64,000 nucleotides of DNA from the human T2T-CHM13v2.0 reference genome, Homo sapiens. The stretch lies in contig CP068257.2 in the NCBI GenBank assembly GCA_009914755.4, positions 38,176,001-38,240,000 on the forward strand. Direction: 5' to 3'. Below, one piece after another: positions 1 to 13,886 of the stretch. How positions within the stretch are numbered: the first letter of the stretch is position 1; the number at the start of each line of letters is the position of its first letter. A model generated the notes under the pieces. The model made no database searches, was not told the DNA's origin, and saw nothing but the letters and a program-made list of their open reading frames with translations. A program made the translations under genes and the position numbers.

Positions 1-190
1 TGTAGTAAATATTTTTAGTTTTGCCAGCCATATGGTCTCTGTCATGAGGACTCAACTCTGCTGTTATAACATGAGTATGGCTACATGTTTAGGTAGCCAT
101 AGACAATATGTGAGCTGATAGATGTAACCGTGTTCCAATGAAACTTTATTTACAAAAACAAGGAGTGGGTCAGATTTGGCCTGTGGGTCA
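1..190. repeat. Fragment of an ancient interspersed repeat. It contains the motif 'ccaatgaaactttatttacaaaaacaaggagtgggtcagatttggcctgtgggtcatagcttgctgac', which matches a widespread mammalian repeat consensus '...aaactttatttacaaaaacaggcggcgggccggatttggcccgcgggccgtagtttgccgac'.
   Basis: The sequence reads as that recurrent repeat motif with its CpGs decayed to TpG/CpA. The family name is not recalled with certainty. Confidence 0.4.
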
Positions 191-431
191 TAGCTTGCTG
201 ACTCTTGTTTTATTTGGTGAATGGTTTCTGAGAGTTGAGTAACAACTGGGGAGTAGAGTCCATGGACCAGGATAAACTTTCATCTCTCCCCATAATGGGA
301 ATGTGTGAGTAGGCAGGCGTGCATACCTGCAACGCAGCGGCAAAGCTATGGACTTCCTGTGTTAAGTTCAATGTGTAAGCATACTCTTGAGAGTAACCAC
401 GTGAACTACGTAGGTATCCATTGCCAATTAA

Positions 432-584
<153 letters not shown>

Positions 585-835
585 TAGACAAGAGGGGTGG
601 TGAAAAGACCTGGGAAAGAGAGAGCTGGAAGAAGGGCTGGCTTGCTAGATACCAGCTGCACAGGGAGGCTAACTTGGCAATGGTGGTTATTATTTTTTGG
701 ATAAATTTTAGAAGAAGAAATTCTAGAACTTGGAATACTCTAGGAGTAGGTTAACAGTAAAAATCCACCTATTTGTCTAATGCTTAAAATAAAGTGAGGA
801 AGAACCCTGAGAGCTTTAAAAAACTTTGTTTTTTT

Positions 836-1016
836 CCATCACACACTGGGGCCTGCCATAGGGTGGGGGGAAGGGGGAAGGATAGCATTAGGAGATATAC
901 CTAATGTAAATGACAAGTTAATGGGTGCAGCACACCAACAAGGCACATGTATACATATGTAACAAACATGCACGTTGTGCACATGTACCCTAGAACTTAA
1001 AGTATAATAAAAAAAA
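836..1016 (+). mobile_element. LINE-1 extreme 3' end fragment with poly-A tail, ~180 bp.
   Basis: Matches the L1 3'UTR end '...gggagggatagcattaggagatatacctaatgtaaatgacaagttaatgggtgcagcacaccaaca..gcacatgtatacatatgtaacaaac.tgcacgttgtgcacatgtaccctagaacttaaagtataataaaaaaaa'. Confidence 0.85.
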
Positions 1017-1996
1017 TTGTTTTTTTCCCCATGCTTTCTTTTTTGTTTAAAGCCCTCTACATTAAAACATGTGGGGAGGTATTTTAATACATTGGGGGTA
1101 ACTTCCTCCCAATTTCAAGTAGAGTCAAGTAAGAGATCTCTTCCCCTTGAATGTAACAGGGAGTTGGGAATGCTGGAAAACTAGACCTACTTTTGGAGAG
1201 TCTTGCTGTAGTATCTCATTTTCTTGCTATGAGACAATACAGAATGATAATGCAGTGAGGGCATCTCTAAGACAACATCACCAGGAAGCAGCAGCAGTTG
1301 AGTATTGAAGGCCGATGAGAGGGGAAGGCTGAACCCACTCCTCCTCTGCAGGATGAACAGGACACCTGCCCTCACAGGCTGCTGGGAACACCAAATTCCA
1401 TGGGAAGGTTTTCAGCCAATCAGTCCTTGCTGAGGGGCCTAAACACCTGCGTTTTCCACAAAAATTGGAGCTCTATTTTCAGCAGCCCCATTTTTTTTTG
1501 ATTTTACCATGGCTGCCTCCCATGTGTATTCCAGATTGCATCTTTCAGATTGAAAAAAATTCCAGAGAGCATGGACTGTTTCCTTTGATAATCTGACCAC
1601 AGCTTCTTGCAGGTTCCTGTGAGTGAATATTTATTCATTAGTATTTTGAGCAATTGACTATCTTGACAAAAATCATGGCCCAAATCAAACATCTCTATCT
1701 CTTTTATCTCCATTTGTCTGGCATTTATTTTCCTTGATCAGCTGTTGAAGCTTTGGATCATTTTGTGTCTGGGTGAAACTAATGTGTCGAGAAAGAAATG
1801 GATTTTGAGTTAGTTTTCCATATTTTTATTTCTTTAAAGAAATAACATTCTAAAGGGATGGGATCTCAAGGGAATTTAAAAAAAGTGTTCATGGTTAAGG
1901 ATTATGCCAGCGGTACTACATAAAAGCAAATGTGTTTCTTTATAAATCAGAATTGTTAGAGCACACAGCTTGGTTTTTGCCACTTAATGACTCTAA

Positions 1997-2101
<105 letters not shown>

Positions 2102-5100
2102 TAGACCATTTTCCCCCTTTCTGGACTTTTTTGGCTATTTAAAAATTCTTACCTTGTTGTGGGTGATTATAAAATGGTGCGCGTTGTGTATTCATGATGG
2201 TGGCATGTTGCCTTTCCTCCCCTCCATATCAACTGGTCAGCATGGAGAGATGGGGCTGAGACATGGACTGTTTCTTGCCCTCAGTAGCAGTTGCTCTAAG
2301 ATCAAGGCTGGTTCTGGGTAACAGCTCTGGGTTCACATTTTGGGAGGATGCGACTTGATTTGGGACGTATCCGCCTGAGTTGGCATAAGAGTGAGCAGCA
2401 TATATAATGTGCCATTTGTTCTCTTTGAGCCATATTCTCCCAGGACTCAAGTCCATTCTGCTCTCCTGGTTACCCGCTCCCACGTGCTCATCTGTACTTG
2501 GACCCTTGGGGCCTTTGGACTCATGGAAGGATGCACTGGGTTTGAGGATCAGGACAGAGAAAATGTAGTTTGCTCTGCATGCAAGTTCTATGCTGATAAG
2601 CTTGAGGGCTGAAAAAATCCTGTCGGGGTTAGAATTTTAGAGGAGAGAGGAGGAGTCCTTGATGATTAAGGATTATGGCCAGAACGGCTTAGAGGCTGGA
2701 GTTGCCATTAACGTAGATAAGGAATGTTATGGGTGGAGCAGTTTAGGGGGAAAGATTAGACATCTAATTGGAGCTTGTAGATTCTGAAGGTCTCTGTTAG
2801 ATGTCCACATGGAGATGCTGAAGGTGTAGTTAAATTCACCAGTCTGCAGTTCCAGGGAGAGGTACTAGCTGTAGATACTGGTTGGTTGGTTGGCAATGTT
2901 TCGATGGGAGCTGTCTTTTCACAGGATGGTTCACTTAAGTAAACGGTCAACTGGCAGCACTGAGAACATAGTATGTTAATTTGCTGATATAGAGTCAGCA
3001 TTGGTTATCATACATGAATGAATGAGAGTTCATTTTCTATCCCGAATTATAAATTAGGTAGAATATATATAACCAACACCCTTTTCTGACCTGTACAAAT
3101 GCAACTTCAGACAAGAAGTATTTCAATGCGATTCTGTGATTGTGTCCCCAATAAGTGTAGATGTTATCTTCTTTTAGCTTTTGGAAAAGGTAAACTTGCA
3201 GGCTGGGTTTTGGATAGCACACTGGGCCAGATGGGTTGGGTTTGTTCTGCTAGGAGCTGCTTTACCTGAGGCGACGGTGCCCAGCAGGTGCCTGTGTGGC
3301 CCCTGATCATTCTTTCTTGGCACAGGTATTTACCTGAGTTTCCAGGGAGCTCTGGGCAATAATATTCCTCCCTGCAATTGGGATTCAGCTCAGTAACCTA
3401 CATCTTGCCAGTGATGTGTGTTTTTCAGGCCTGTAGGGGGGAAGGGAGTGCTGATTGATGCTCAGTCATGTATTGGGAAAACCTAAGTGATACTATTAAT
3501 ATTAGTGTCAACACAGGTAGCCAGACAACAAGACATATGAGGGGCCTGGGGCATAAAGGCAACTGTGCCTGAGTAACAAATCGTTAGCTCCTAGTACAAG
3601 TTCCAGTGACTTTCCTCAGGCCGGGTGTCAGGAAAATGGAGAGGTAATGTTTTTTCCATCAGGGCCGCTCTCTTTGGCACATACATCTTTTGATGCATTT
3701 AATTTGGAGCTGGAAGGGACGATGATGCAACAGGTTTCCTTTAGAAGGACCAGTCTCTGAGTGAAAGGTGGCAGTGGAAGGGAGTGATTGTTGGGCTGTG
3801 GGGTGGCTGGCTGAGGGGCTCGCTCCCACCCCAGCTCCAAGCACGGACAGCCAATAGCACATTTAAGCCAACCATGATTTCCACAGCCCTTCCGTGGTTA
3901 TCTTTGTCTATCAAGTGTGTTTCTATCAGACAAGCCAAAGTGTTCAGGTCTGGCGTTGTGGGGAGGGTATAAGCTGGGAGGAGATTCAGAATAGGGTCAT
4001 GCCACATAATTCTCTTCAAAATACATCTAGTATGAATGAGGAGGAAGGGGAATGTGAGGTGCATTTGGATACCTGAGTGGAGAATGACGTTTTGGAGCTC
4101 GGAGTGGATGCTTCTTGATGTTTGTAGTGTTCTTTTTGAATATACACAGGGAGAGAAACTTAAGAGTTTTCTGCTACTGAAACATGTACCCAGCTAAATA
4201 ATCAATCGGTGGAAAAAGAACAGTGACCCTCGAGGTGCTGAGCCCTGGGGACTGGTAACGTAGTCTCGTGTTTCTTATTTCCTGAAGGGTTTGTCGTCTT
4301 CTAGGGGAGCCGGGCACCTCATCAGAGAGCACCAAGGCCCTTAAGAAACAAATCAGGACTCTAGGAAGTTGAATTATCTTTGGCTGGGCTAGAAACTAAT
4401 GAGGGTTATTAAATAACTGGATCTTTCTACTCATCATGGGGGGACTTTAGGACAAAGTCCTAAAGAAGAAGTCTATCTTTGATTATGACCAAAGAAGGAC
4501 TTTGCCGTCATGGGCCCAGGCACGGCCTCCACGTTGCCCATTTGGAGAGCCTGGATGCAGGATGTACCATGGGCCGTGTTTCCTGGGAAGCACTTAGAGG
4601 AGGAATGAGCAAAATGGGCCACAGTGGAAAGGCTGGGCCTGGGGACACAGCCGTTCCCTTCCATTTCCTTGGTCCAGAGAAGACATAGACCTTGTTGTGG
4701 TCAACTGGCCACTTGAGAGCTGCCAGAATAGTGAAGCTACAGCTTGTAGAAGCAGTCAGGGTGACGCTGGTACAGAGGTTCCTTTTAAGAACTTCCCCAG
4801 ACCAGGCCCCGTAGCCCTGCAGCCCTGCCAGGCCTATGTCACCAGGTTCGTGCTGTGTGGGGTGATGAGGACCTCTGAATTCCGAATGCCTTGGTCCAAG
4901 GTGTGAAAACAATGCAGTCGTGCCTTCTTTTCTCAAAACTTTCTCCATTCTGCAATAAGCCTTAGTTCCTTATAGAGCCCAGGAGAGACAGCTGAGAGCT
5001 ATTCAGAGTCCCGTCTCAGTTTTCCTTTCATCCTCCTCTCCGCATGCCTCAGTATGACTCCAATTTGTCAGAGCCTCCTGAGCTGCTGCCGCATGTTTTG

Positions 5101-5609
5101 CGCACACAGGCCTCCCAGGCCCAGAGCTGGGGCCCAGCAGGGCTCCTGCCCGAGAAGCTGGCTTGTTAGAGTTCAGGGTTGTTGACTACAGATTGCACTA
5201 TTTTGCAGAAACCCCGCATGAAGCTCAGGTCCTGAAAAGCCTGTAGATTAGACTGAAAGATCCCAAGCTGTGAGCCAGCCTGAAGCAAACACTTTTCCGA
5301 TCGTGGTTGCTGAAGAGCTAGTTGGGTCAGAAAAATGGCCTATCCATGGAGATGCGGCAGGCACAACAGCAACTAAAGCTCCTGCTTTGTCTTAATAGAT
5401 CGCAGAACAGGATAGTTTTGGTTTTGTGAACAGGACGGCAACTGCTGACCACATACACTCGCTCTCTGCTCATGCTGCATCCTCCTCTGCTGAAACTGGT
5501 GATCTGTTAACACTCGGCAATTTCAGGAGGACTTAACTAATGGATGACTGTTGACTACACACAGGCTAGTCCAGCATTTCTAGGTCCTCAATAAACAGTT
5601 ACTCATTAA

Positions 5610-6002
<393 letters not shown>

Positions 6003-6305
6003 TTTAAAAATTTTTTTTGAGACATGGTCTTGCTTTGTTGCCCAGGCTGGATCGCAGTGGCACGATCATAGCTCACTGTAACCTCGTACTCCTGGGCTCA
6101 AGGGATCCTCCTGCCTCAGCCTTCCGGAGAGCTAGGACTACGGGCACTTGCTGCCATGCCTAGCTAATTTTAAACATTTTTTTTTTGTAGGAATGGGGGT
6201 CTCACTATTTGCCCAGGCTGTTCTTAAACTCTTGGCCTGAAGCGATTCTCCCACATGGGCCTCCCAAAGCATTGGGATTATAAGCATGAGCCACTGCACC
6301 TGACC
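6003..6305 (-). mobile_element. Second Alu, more diverged and AluJ-like, antisense, directly abutting the previous Alu.
   Basis: 'tttaaaaattttttttgagacatggtcttgctttgttgcccaggctggatcgcagtggcacgatcatagctcactgtaacctc...gattataagcatgagccactgcacctgacc'. Confidence 0.9.
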
Positions 6306-7849
6306 CCTACTTCCTTTGCTGTTAATCCCAATCAGTTATGACAAAAATATGATTAGATCACTATAGATGAATATACAACCTAAAAATAACATCACGTTTT
6401 GGGTCATTTAGAAAAGTTAAATAATTTCATATCAAACTGCCTTTCCACGCCTTTGTGATCGGCGGCACTTTGTTTTCTTCAGGGGCCCATTGCTTAAATA
6501 TGCCCCCAGGACGGGGAAATTTGATGTGCCAGGGTTGGCCCACAGGTCACTGATGAGGCCCTTGGGAAGTTCAGATTTATGGTCTTCACCTCTAGACATC
6601 AGGACTCAGAGGGCTGAGGAGGTGTTTAAGCAGCTCTGCTTTTTAGGACAACTCAATGTGGCTAGGCTTAAGGGTTATTGGTTACCTTATAGCAAGAGGG
6701 GAATCAGGAGTTTTGGAAAGGGAAGAGTGGCAGGTCCCCAAGCACCAATCTGCCTCTTCCATAACTTCACCCTGCGCGATGGGTACTCAGCAATTCTGCT
6801 TTGCCCAGCATCCTGAGGCCTTCATAATGGCCTGTGCTTGCCCACCTGGAGTGGGTTCTACTGGGGTTGGTAGTGCCATGCTCTTTCTCCCTCTGCCGGG
6901 AGTCAGCTGTATTTCCGCAAGTAGAGGAGTGTCTGGACACTGAATCCGGAGTCTGGGAAGGCACCCAGCTCAGGGCGGTGTATGGCGTTAGGAGGAGCAG
7001 CAGGTTTCCAGGTTACTTGTGCCCCCATCTTCAATGTCACAACTCTCAATCTCTCTTCCCTGAGTTGTACACATCTGTGTCTACATCTCAAGGCTGCCGT
7101 GGGTCTCTGAATACGTCATCTTTGTCATGAATCACCCAGCTCAATTTTAATAACATCCAACAGTTAGTAAAACAGGAAACTAGAACTTTAATATTTTAGG
7201 AAATGGCAGAATTTGCTGCTGCACCAGCCTCCCATAACTCCTGCCCCTTTGGCATCCTTTCAGTTAAGGTCCAGCATGCCAAAGGCACACACTGCCACGG
7301 AGATGAGCAAGACAAGATGCAGTGGTGAAACCTTTTTTTCAAACCGTTAGTTATCCCCTGATGCTTTCAGTGCTGGGAATCCTTTGAAAATTTCAGAAAA
7401 GTGGGGGCATGTCTCAGGAGCAGTGTCATGGGGGACAGGCTGGGGCTGGAGTTTTGACCACCAAAGGCCAGACACTGTGGCCAGGAGCTACAGGCACAAT
7501 GGCTGACTTAGGCCAGGTCCTCAGGGGGACGCTGGGTTGTAGACAATGGGAAGAGGCACCAGTTCCTAGACCTCTTGGTCCCCAGGCTGCCTGGAGCTCC
7601 CCCTTTTGCTCATCTCCACCTCTAAGCACCCTCTCCTGCCAATTTCTTCCCTGAACATGAGACTTCCTGCTCAAGAGATGGGGCAGTCCTTGTTCTTGCC
7701 ACCACCTGGCAGAAATGGTGGATGTATTTCCGGAATTCTCTATTCCGGTTTTCCTAAAGAATGCTTGCTGAACACGGAGGTGCACCCAGCGCCTATAAAT
7801 ACCGCTGCCTTGGTACCCTGCTGGCGTAGCAGCAGCTCTCAGTACAGCC

Positions 7850-8120
7850 CTGTGCCAGGAACACACTGGGTTCTTGTTAAAATGCACACTCTTGGGCCTC
7901 CGCCAGGCTTGCTGGATCAGAATGTCTGGGAGATAGGGCCAAAGAATCAGTATTTTTATCATTCTCCAGGTGATCTGCTTTGAGGAATTTTTTTTTTTTT
8001 GTCCCAGTGTGAAAACTCCACAGACATGTATAGCATTGTTTCTAAGGGAGGGTGCTCTCTGATTTCTAGAAGTCTTCCTACAACTGTGCATTTAGAATTA
8101 CTTGTACCTCGTGTCCCTGC
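7850..8120. repeat. Diverged copy of an ancient interspersed repeat with the 'ttgttaaaatgcagattcctgggccccacc...ccaggtgattctgatgcacactaaagtttgagaaccactg' motif, probably a MER-class DNA transposon.
   Basis: 'cttgttaaaatgcacactcttgggcctccgccaggcttgctggatcagaatgtctgggagatagggccaaagaatcagtattttt...ccaggtgatctgctttgagg' matches that recurrent motif loosely. Confidence 0.35.
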
Positions 8121-9704
8121 TCCACCGGCCTTGCTGCAAAGCACAGAGAAGAGTTTGAGATGCTCACGGTGGTGCCATGATGAATGCCAAGTGAAAGGTC
8201 TTGACACCAAAGACTCCACTGTCCACCTGGCATCCTACCAGGGACACTCTTAATTAACCCTTCCATATTTTAGATGGGTCCTAAAGCACATTGCATTCAA
8301 CATAAATGAAAAAATAGAAACCTAGACTGTAGAGATCTCAATCATGGATTAAATTGTAAGAAGGGTCAGAAGGAAAAAAGAGATTCATTTTCAAAACTGT
8401 CATATACAATATGACAATTTTCTTCTCTGATTATTTCTCTGATGACTGAATCTACAGTTAGAATATGTAGTACTGACATGGTTTTCTAGACAAGAGTTTC
8501 CCTGTTGGTGAAACAGAATGAATTTGGGTGCAACTGCAGCTGAAACACATTAGGGTAAAAGTAATAAGTAAAATTAGAAATTCCTACTAAAATAACCAAT
8601 TACTGGGAAAGGCATGCTTTTTTATTTCAATATGAAGCCAGGGGATTTGCAAATGTTTTTTATTTTGGCGAATATTTAAAACAAAGAATCCTCCTTTTCC
8701 TCTCTTTGTCCTGTGCCTTAACTCACTGTCAGTGCATTTTCCTGGTTGTTTTAGGAAATTCTCTGTCTCTGTCATTTTCAGAAGATGGGCATATAAACAA
8801 CTTGAGACCTGGATCAAGCCTTCCCCACAAATCACCCCCTCATTGAGACAAACAGAAATACATACTTGATAAATTTAGAAAACAGCGATGTTTGCACAAC
8901 CCATCAGTGAAAACAAAAGCAAACGACAGTAGGAATCTCTAGCATATTAGCAGCAGAAGGCACATGTCTTAAAGCACTGCTGACATAGTTCCATCCGCTG
9001 TCCAGTTTTCCCTGTGTTATTGGGAGTCAGCAAATTAAGAGCGTGAGCCAGAGTAATTCTATCCTCAAGACTTACTAGCATTCCATCACATTGTGAATAA
9101 TTTATCATGCCCAGTTACATTATTTAAGATGTTAAGTGCAGCTATTGTGCCCTGGAACCTGAGCTGCCATTCTCAGGACTGGCAGGAAAAAAGTGTTGCA
9201 CACATTTTAATAAGGCAATATTATGAGACAGGCATTGGCCACTCTGGAGGATTAAATGGTTTGTTTGGGATTACATTTCTGAATGAGAACAGGGAAGACT
9301 ATGTTTCTCCCTGATAGGGAAAAGAGACAGATGGGTGATCTATCTGGAGTCAGTTCTTCAATTTTGTCCCCCTGTTCTAGAAACAATGCACGCTCTTTAA
9401 GAAGTTTAGAAATATTTTATATTTTCATAAAAAATCTAGCCAGTAAAGCAAGAACTTCCTTAGGAAAATTGAAACACAAAACAAAACAATGAGTCGTGGT
9501 AATTTGCCTTAGTCAAAACAAATACTGATTCTTGGAATTGGATTGCCCTTTAGGGCCTGAACTTGGAAAACTTCTATATTGTGTGTTACCAGAAATAATG
9601 CAAGAAAGGAAGAGCTTATTTTAACATTTTTGTTCCTCTCCGTACCTTAATTTTATCTTAACAGATGAGTGAAGCTCTCTTTTCAAGTTTGCATTTTACA
9701 GTGA

Positions 9705-9839
<135 letters not shown>

Positions 9840-9999
9840 TAGCAAAGCCTTCCCCAAGCTCCACTGAGCACTTGGCTGACAATTCAAAACACGGCGATGG
9901 CATCCTTCCTTTCCATCCTAAGACTGGCCTGCAGCTTTGCCAACATTACCTGAAGAGGAGATGTCGGAGTCATCAGAACTGATACTTGACAGTGAGAGA

Positions 10000-10210
10000 A
10001 GGAATCGATTTTCCCAGAGTTCAAAGTAGAATGTGACTTTTAAGAGGTTTCATGGTTTTTGTGAATTCCATGAAGTTACTAAGTAAAAGCTGCAAATTCA
10101 TCATAATTTTTCTCAACATTCAACACTCCTACTTGTTAATCCAACAAATGGTAGATAAAAGTCTGTATTCTACCATGCCTTTCAAAAGTTTTTATTATCT
10201 GAAAGCATAT
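10000..10210 (+). repeat. Copy A of a diverged local duplication. Its partner is at 10935-11135.
   Basis: 'gaatgtgacttttaagaggtttcatggtttttgtgaattccatgaagttactaagtaaaagctgcaaattcatcataatttttctcaacattcaacactcctacttgttaatccaacaaatggtagataaaagtctgtattctaccatg' aligns with 10940-11110 at roughly 70-75% identity. Confidence 0.6.
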
Positions 10211-10934
10211 GAAGATGATATTTATGTATATTTAATATGTAGGGGTATTATTACATATTATCAGTGAAATACGAGTATAAAAATTAGGGTCAACCAGAAA
10301 TCTGCAATTGACTGTCAAAACTGAGCTCAGTTAAAGTAAGATTCAATTCTAACATGGATGTGCACGTTCCTAAATATCTTATGATTGAATATTTACATGA
10401 AGGCATTCATTTTTATCTGCCCCTTTATCAGACCTATTTGCATCTCCTCAAATGAATTAGATGTGGCCTATGCTTTGCAGAGGATGGACCTCACCTACTC
10501 CGCACACCGTGAAAAAACTGGAAATGGGCATTGTAGTCTTTAATTAATAAAAACACCAAAAATGTGTATTGCCTTTCTTAACTCTTCACTATTCAGTTGG
10601 TCATTTAAAGAATCATAGTATTCGGGAATCAAGCCTTTTCCGAGAAGGAAAACAAGAGCCTTCTGCAAAAATCCATCACATCTTCACAATTATCTTTGCT
10701 GACTGTACATTCACTTCATTTAAAGTTAACATGAATGTTGTTATGAAGAATAAATTGCTGCCTTTCCCCAGTATTTTTCTTTTTCCATGTAGATACAGTC
10801 AGTGAATTTAACTGCCCATTCCACCCCTTCATATTTAACCTAGGGGCAAGACTGTGATTTGACCGTACTCTGAACTGGTTGGTGCAGATTTCTATGCTGG
10901 TTATAATTAGCAACTGCTTTGAGTCCCTCAAGCT

Positions 10935-11135
10935 CAACCATGCTATTGCTAAAGCAGAATTTGACTTTTAAAATATGTCAGGATTTTAGTGAATTCCTTA
11001 CGGATACTTAGTAATAGATGCAAATTTGTCATGGTGTTTCTAATCACTCACTCCTGCTTGCTAATCCAACAAATGGTAGAGAAGTCTTACACTACCATGA
11101 TGTATAAAATACTTTTATAATCTTAAATCACATTC
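10935..11135 (+). repeat. Copy B of the diverged local duplication.
   Basis: 'gaatttgacttttaaaatatgtcaggattttagtgaattccttacggatacttagtaatagatgcaaatttgtcatggtgtttctaatcactcactcctgcttgctaatccaacaaatggtagagaagtcttacactaccatg'. Confidence 0.6.
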
Positions 11136-11181
11136 AGCCCTACCCTGGACCGTCCTATAAACCAGCAACTAACTGAAGGGG

Positions 11182-11535
11182 TGTATTAGTCTGTTCTCAC
11201 ACTGCTAACAAAAACACACCTCAGACTGAATAATTTTATAAAGAAAAAGAGGTTTAATGGACTCATAGTTTCATATGGCTGAGGAGGTCTCACAATTATT
11301 GTGAAAGGCGGAGGAGGAGCAAAGGTACATCTTACATGGAGGCAGGCAAGAGGGAAGTGCCCTTTACAAAACCATCAGCTCTCATGAGACTTATTCACTA
11401 TCATGAGAACAGCCCAGGAAAAACCCACCCCTATAATTCAATTACCTCCCACCATGTCCCTCCCACAACGTGTGGGGATTATGGAAGCTACAATTCACGA
11501 TGAGATTTGGGCGGGGACACAGCCAAACCATATCA
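11182..11535 (-). mobile_element. Solo ERVL-MaLR LTR of the THE1/MST class, antisense.
   Basis: It is the reverse complement of the MaLR LTR consensus: 'tgtattagtctgttctcacactgctaa....tttataaagaaaaagaggtttaatggactcatagtt.catatggctg.ggaggtctcacaat.a...catgagaacagcccaggaaaaacccacccctataattcaattacctcccacc.tgtccctcccacaacgtgtggggattatggaagctacaattcacgatgagatttgggcggggacacagccaaaccatatca'. Confidence 0.9.
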
Positions 11536-12552
11536 AAGGGTATTTCCTGGTACCATTTGGAGCCAGGCATGTGTTTTGATTGGCTGATGCTCATACTGTA
11601 TCCATTCTGATTGGTCAGTGCCCATACAATATCTATTCTAATTGGGCAGTGTTCATGCCTTACTGGTTGTCATCTATTTTGAATATCATCTCTGCTTAGA
11701 GGATCCTGAAAAAAAAAAAAAAGGTAATCTCTCCTAGGACCATGTCCCTAACGTGAGAAAATTGGCTGGCTAGATTTTAGGGAGTAGAACTGAAATGCAA
11801 AATTTCAAAAACCCATAAATATTGCTATATCATATTCCCAAGAGTCTTTTCGAGGGAAACAATTGCCAATTCAACTGGATAAAAATGAGACTCATTTATT
11901 ATACTAATTTTTTTATTCCCTGCCAATGTGGTTCTGTCTTTCCACTACCGTCCTTGAATGGCTACAAGGAGAAGAGAAAGACAAGAAGGTTCTTGAATCT
12001 CTTTAGGCAGAGCTAAATGGGTGAATGCCATACTCTTCACTTAATAGTTTACTCTCCTTAAACAACCACAGAATTCAGATCCTAAGATAAGGCAAATGCC
12101 ATGTTATTTATGCCTTTTGTAACTTTTACAGCACCTGATATACTGTAAATGTTCAGTAAATATTGAAATCAAACAGGTCAATATTAAGAAAGCCTATATA
12201 TTAAATACAAGAAATATTTATCATTTGCTTGCTATAAGAATAATATTTTGTGGCAATTTTGAGAGTCAAGGGGGTTGCATATAAAATATAATTGAAATTT
12301 AAGTTTTGAAATCTGGAGGACAATGGTAAATAATTTCCATAGAAGTTTCTCCAACTTACTACACGCTTGTTGAGTCACACTCAAAATATTTTTTTCATTT
12401 ATCAGATTATGGGATTTTTTTTTTGTGGTGTCACTTATAAATAGGCTCTTCTTACAGAATCTTACTCCAGGAGTAAGGTTTCTCAGAGGGATCCTCTGGC
12501 CAGTTTTTATTTCACATTAGGTAGATGCATTACTTGAATAGAACTATCTAGA

Positions 12553-12710
12553 GCTATACTGTCCAATACTGTAGCCACATGGGGCTATTTAAATTTAAGT
12601 TATTTAAACTAAATAAAATATAAGATTCATTTTATCGGTTGCACTGGTCACATTGCAAGGGTTCAATAGCTACGTGTGACCAGTGGCTACTCTACTGGAC
12701 AATGCGCATG
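12553..12710. mobile_element. Short palindromic non-autonomous DNA transposon (MITE), probably of the hAT-Charlie/MER type.
   Basis: Terminal inverted repeats: left end 'ctgtccaatactgtagccacatggggctatttaaatttaa', right end 'ttcaatagctacgtgtgaccagtggctactctactggacaatgcgcatg', whose reverse complement reads '..tgtccagtagagtagccactggtcacacgtagctattgaa'. Confidence 0.5.
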
Positions 12711-13400
12711 GTAGGTTTCCATTATTGCAGCAAGTTCTGTAGGAGTGCTCATCTAGAGATAGCTACTTGGAAATGACCTTGATGTGTCATATCATCTTCA
12801 TATGCTTTATCCTTTTACACAAACACACAATCTGTGTTTTCTTCAGCATTATGTCTGTGCACTCAGCCAGTTTCTATTTAGGAATCCTGCAACACCCAAG
12901 GCAGCTCTCAACCGAAAATGGTGTTTTGCTGATGTGGTAAATTCCTATCTCACTTCCACAGTGCAGAGAGCTGTGGCAGGCTCAAGGGGGTGGAATGAGA
13001 GGAGTCAATCAAAGCAAAACTTCATGGTCAAGGTTATTTCTCGGGAAGATGCAGCTCTCTGCTAATGAATGGCCGATGAGGGCTGCAAATTTATTTAAAC
13101 AAATACCCCTCAAAATTTTATGCCATAAAACCCTAACCAGGGAAACCATACCTGCCCATCCCTCCCAGTGGTCTTTTACTTTGGTTTGTCTGTCAGATTC
13201 CAAGCAGGACCCATGCAATCAAGGCTCTTCCATATTACTCAGGGTAAGGACCTAAGTGGTAATGCCAATACCTCGAAGATAACTGGAGAGCTTGAGAGCT
13301 TCCTCTGCTCTGTGTGGCCCTGACCTTGGAAAACTGTTAGGGACACTAAAGTTGGTTGCACGTTCCTAAGAGTTTAATGACATAAAAGGTCAATAGATGA

Positions 13401-13886
<486 letters not shown>

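Noticed and set aside
4490-5500. Another CpG-containing, GC-rich stretch with ORFs on both strands (4473-4948). Considered as a regulatory island.
   Set aside because: CpG observed/expected is ~0.3 and the stretch has no exon-like boundaries. It is not distinguishable from background by sequence alone.
7426-8091. Longest non-L1 ORF in the window (221 aa, minus strand), overlapping a 125-aa plus-strand ORF at 7606-7983.
   Set aside because: It has no splice or initiation context and a low-complexity composition with no recognisable domain. It partly overlaps an old repeat ('..cttgttaaaatgcacactcttgggcctccgccag..'). In 64 kb of six-frame space, one or two ORFs of this length are expected by chance at this GC content (~50% locally). 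It is treated as spurious.
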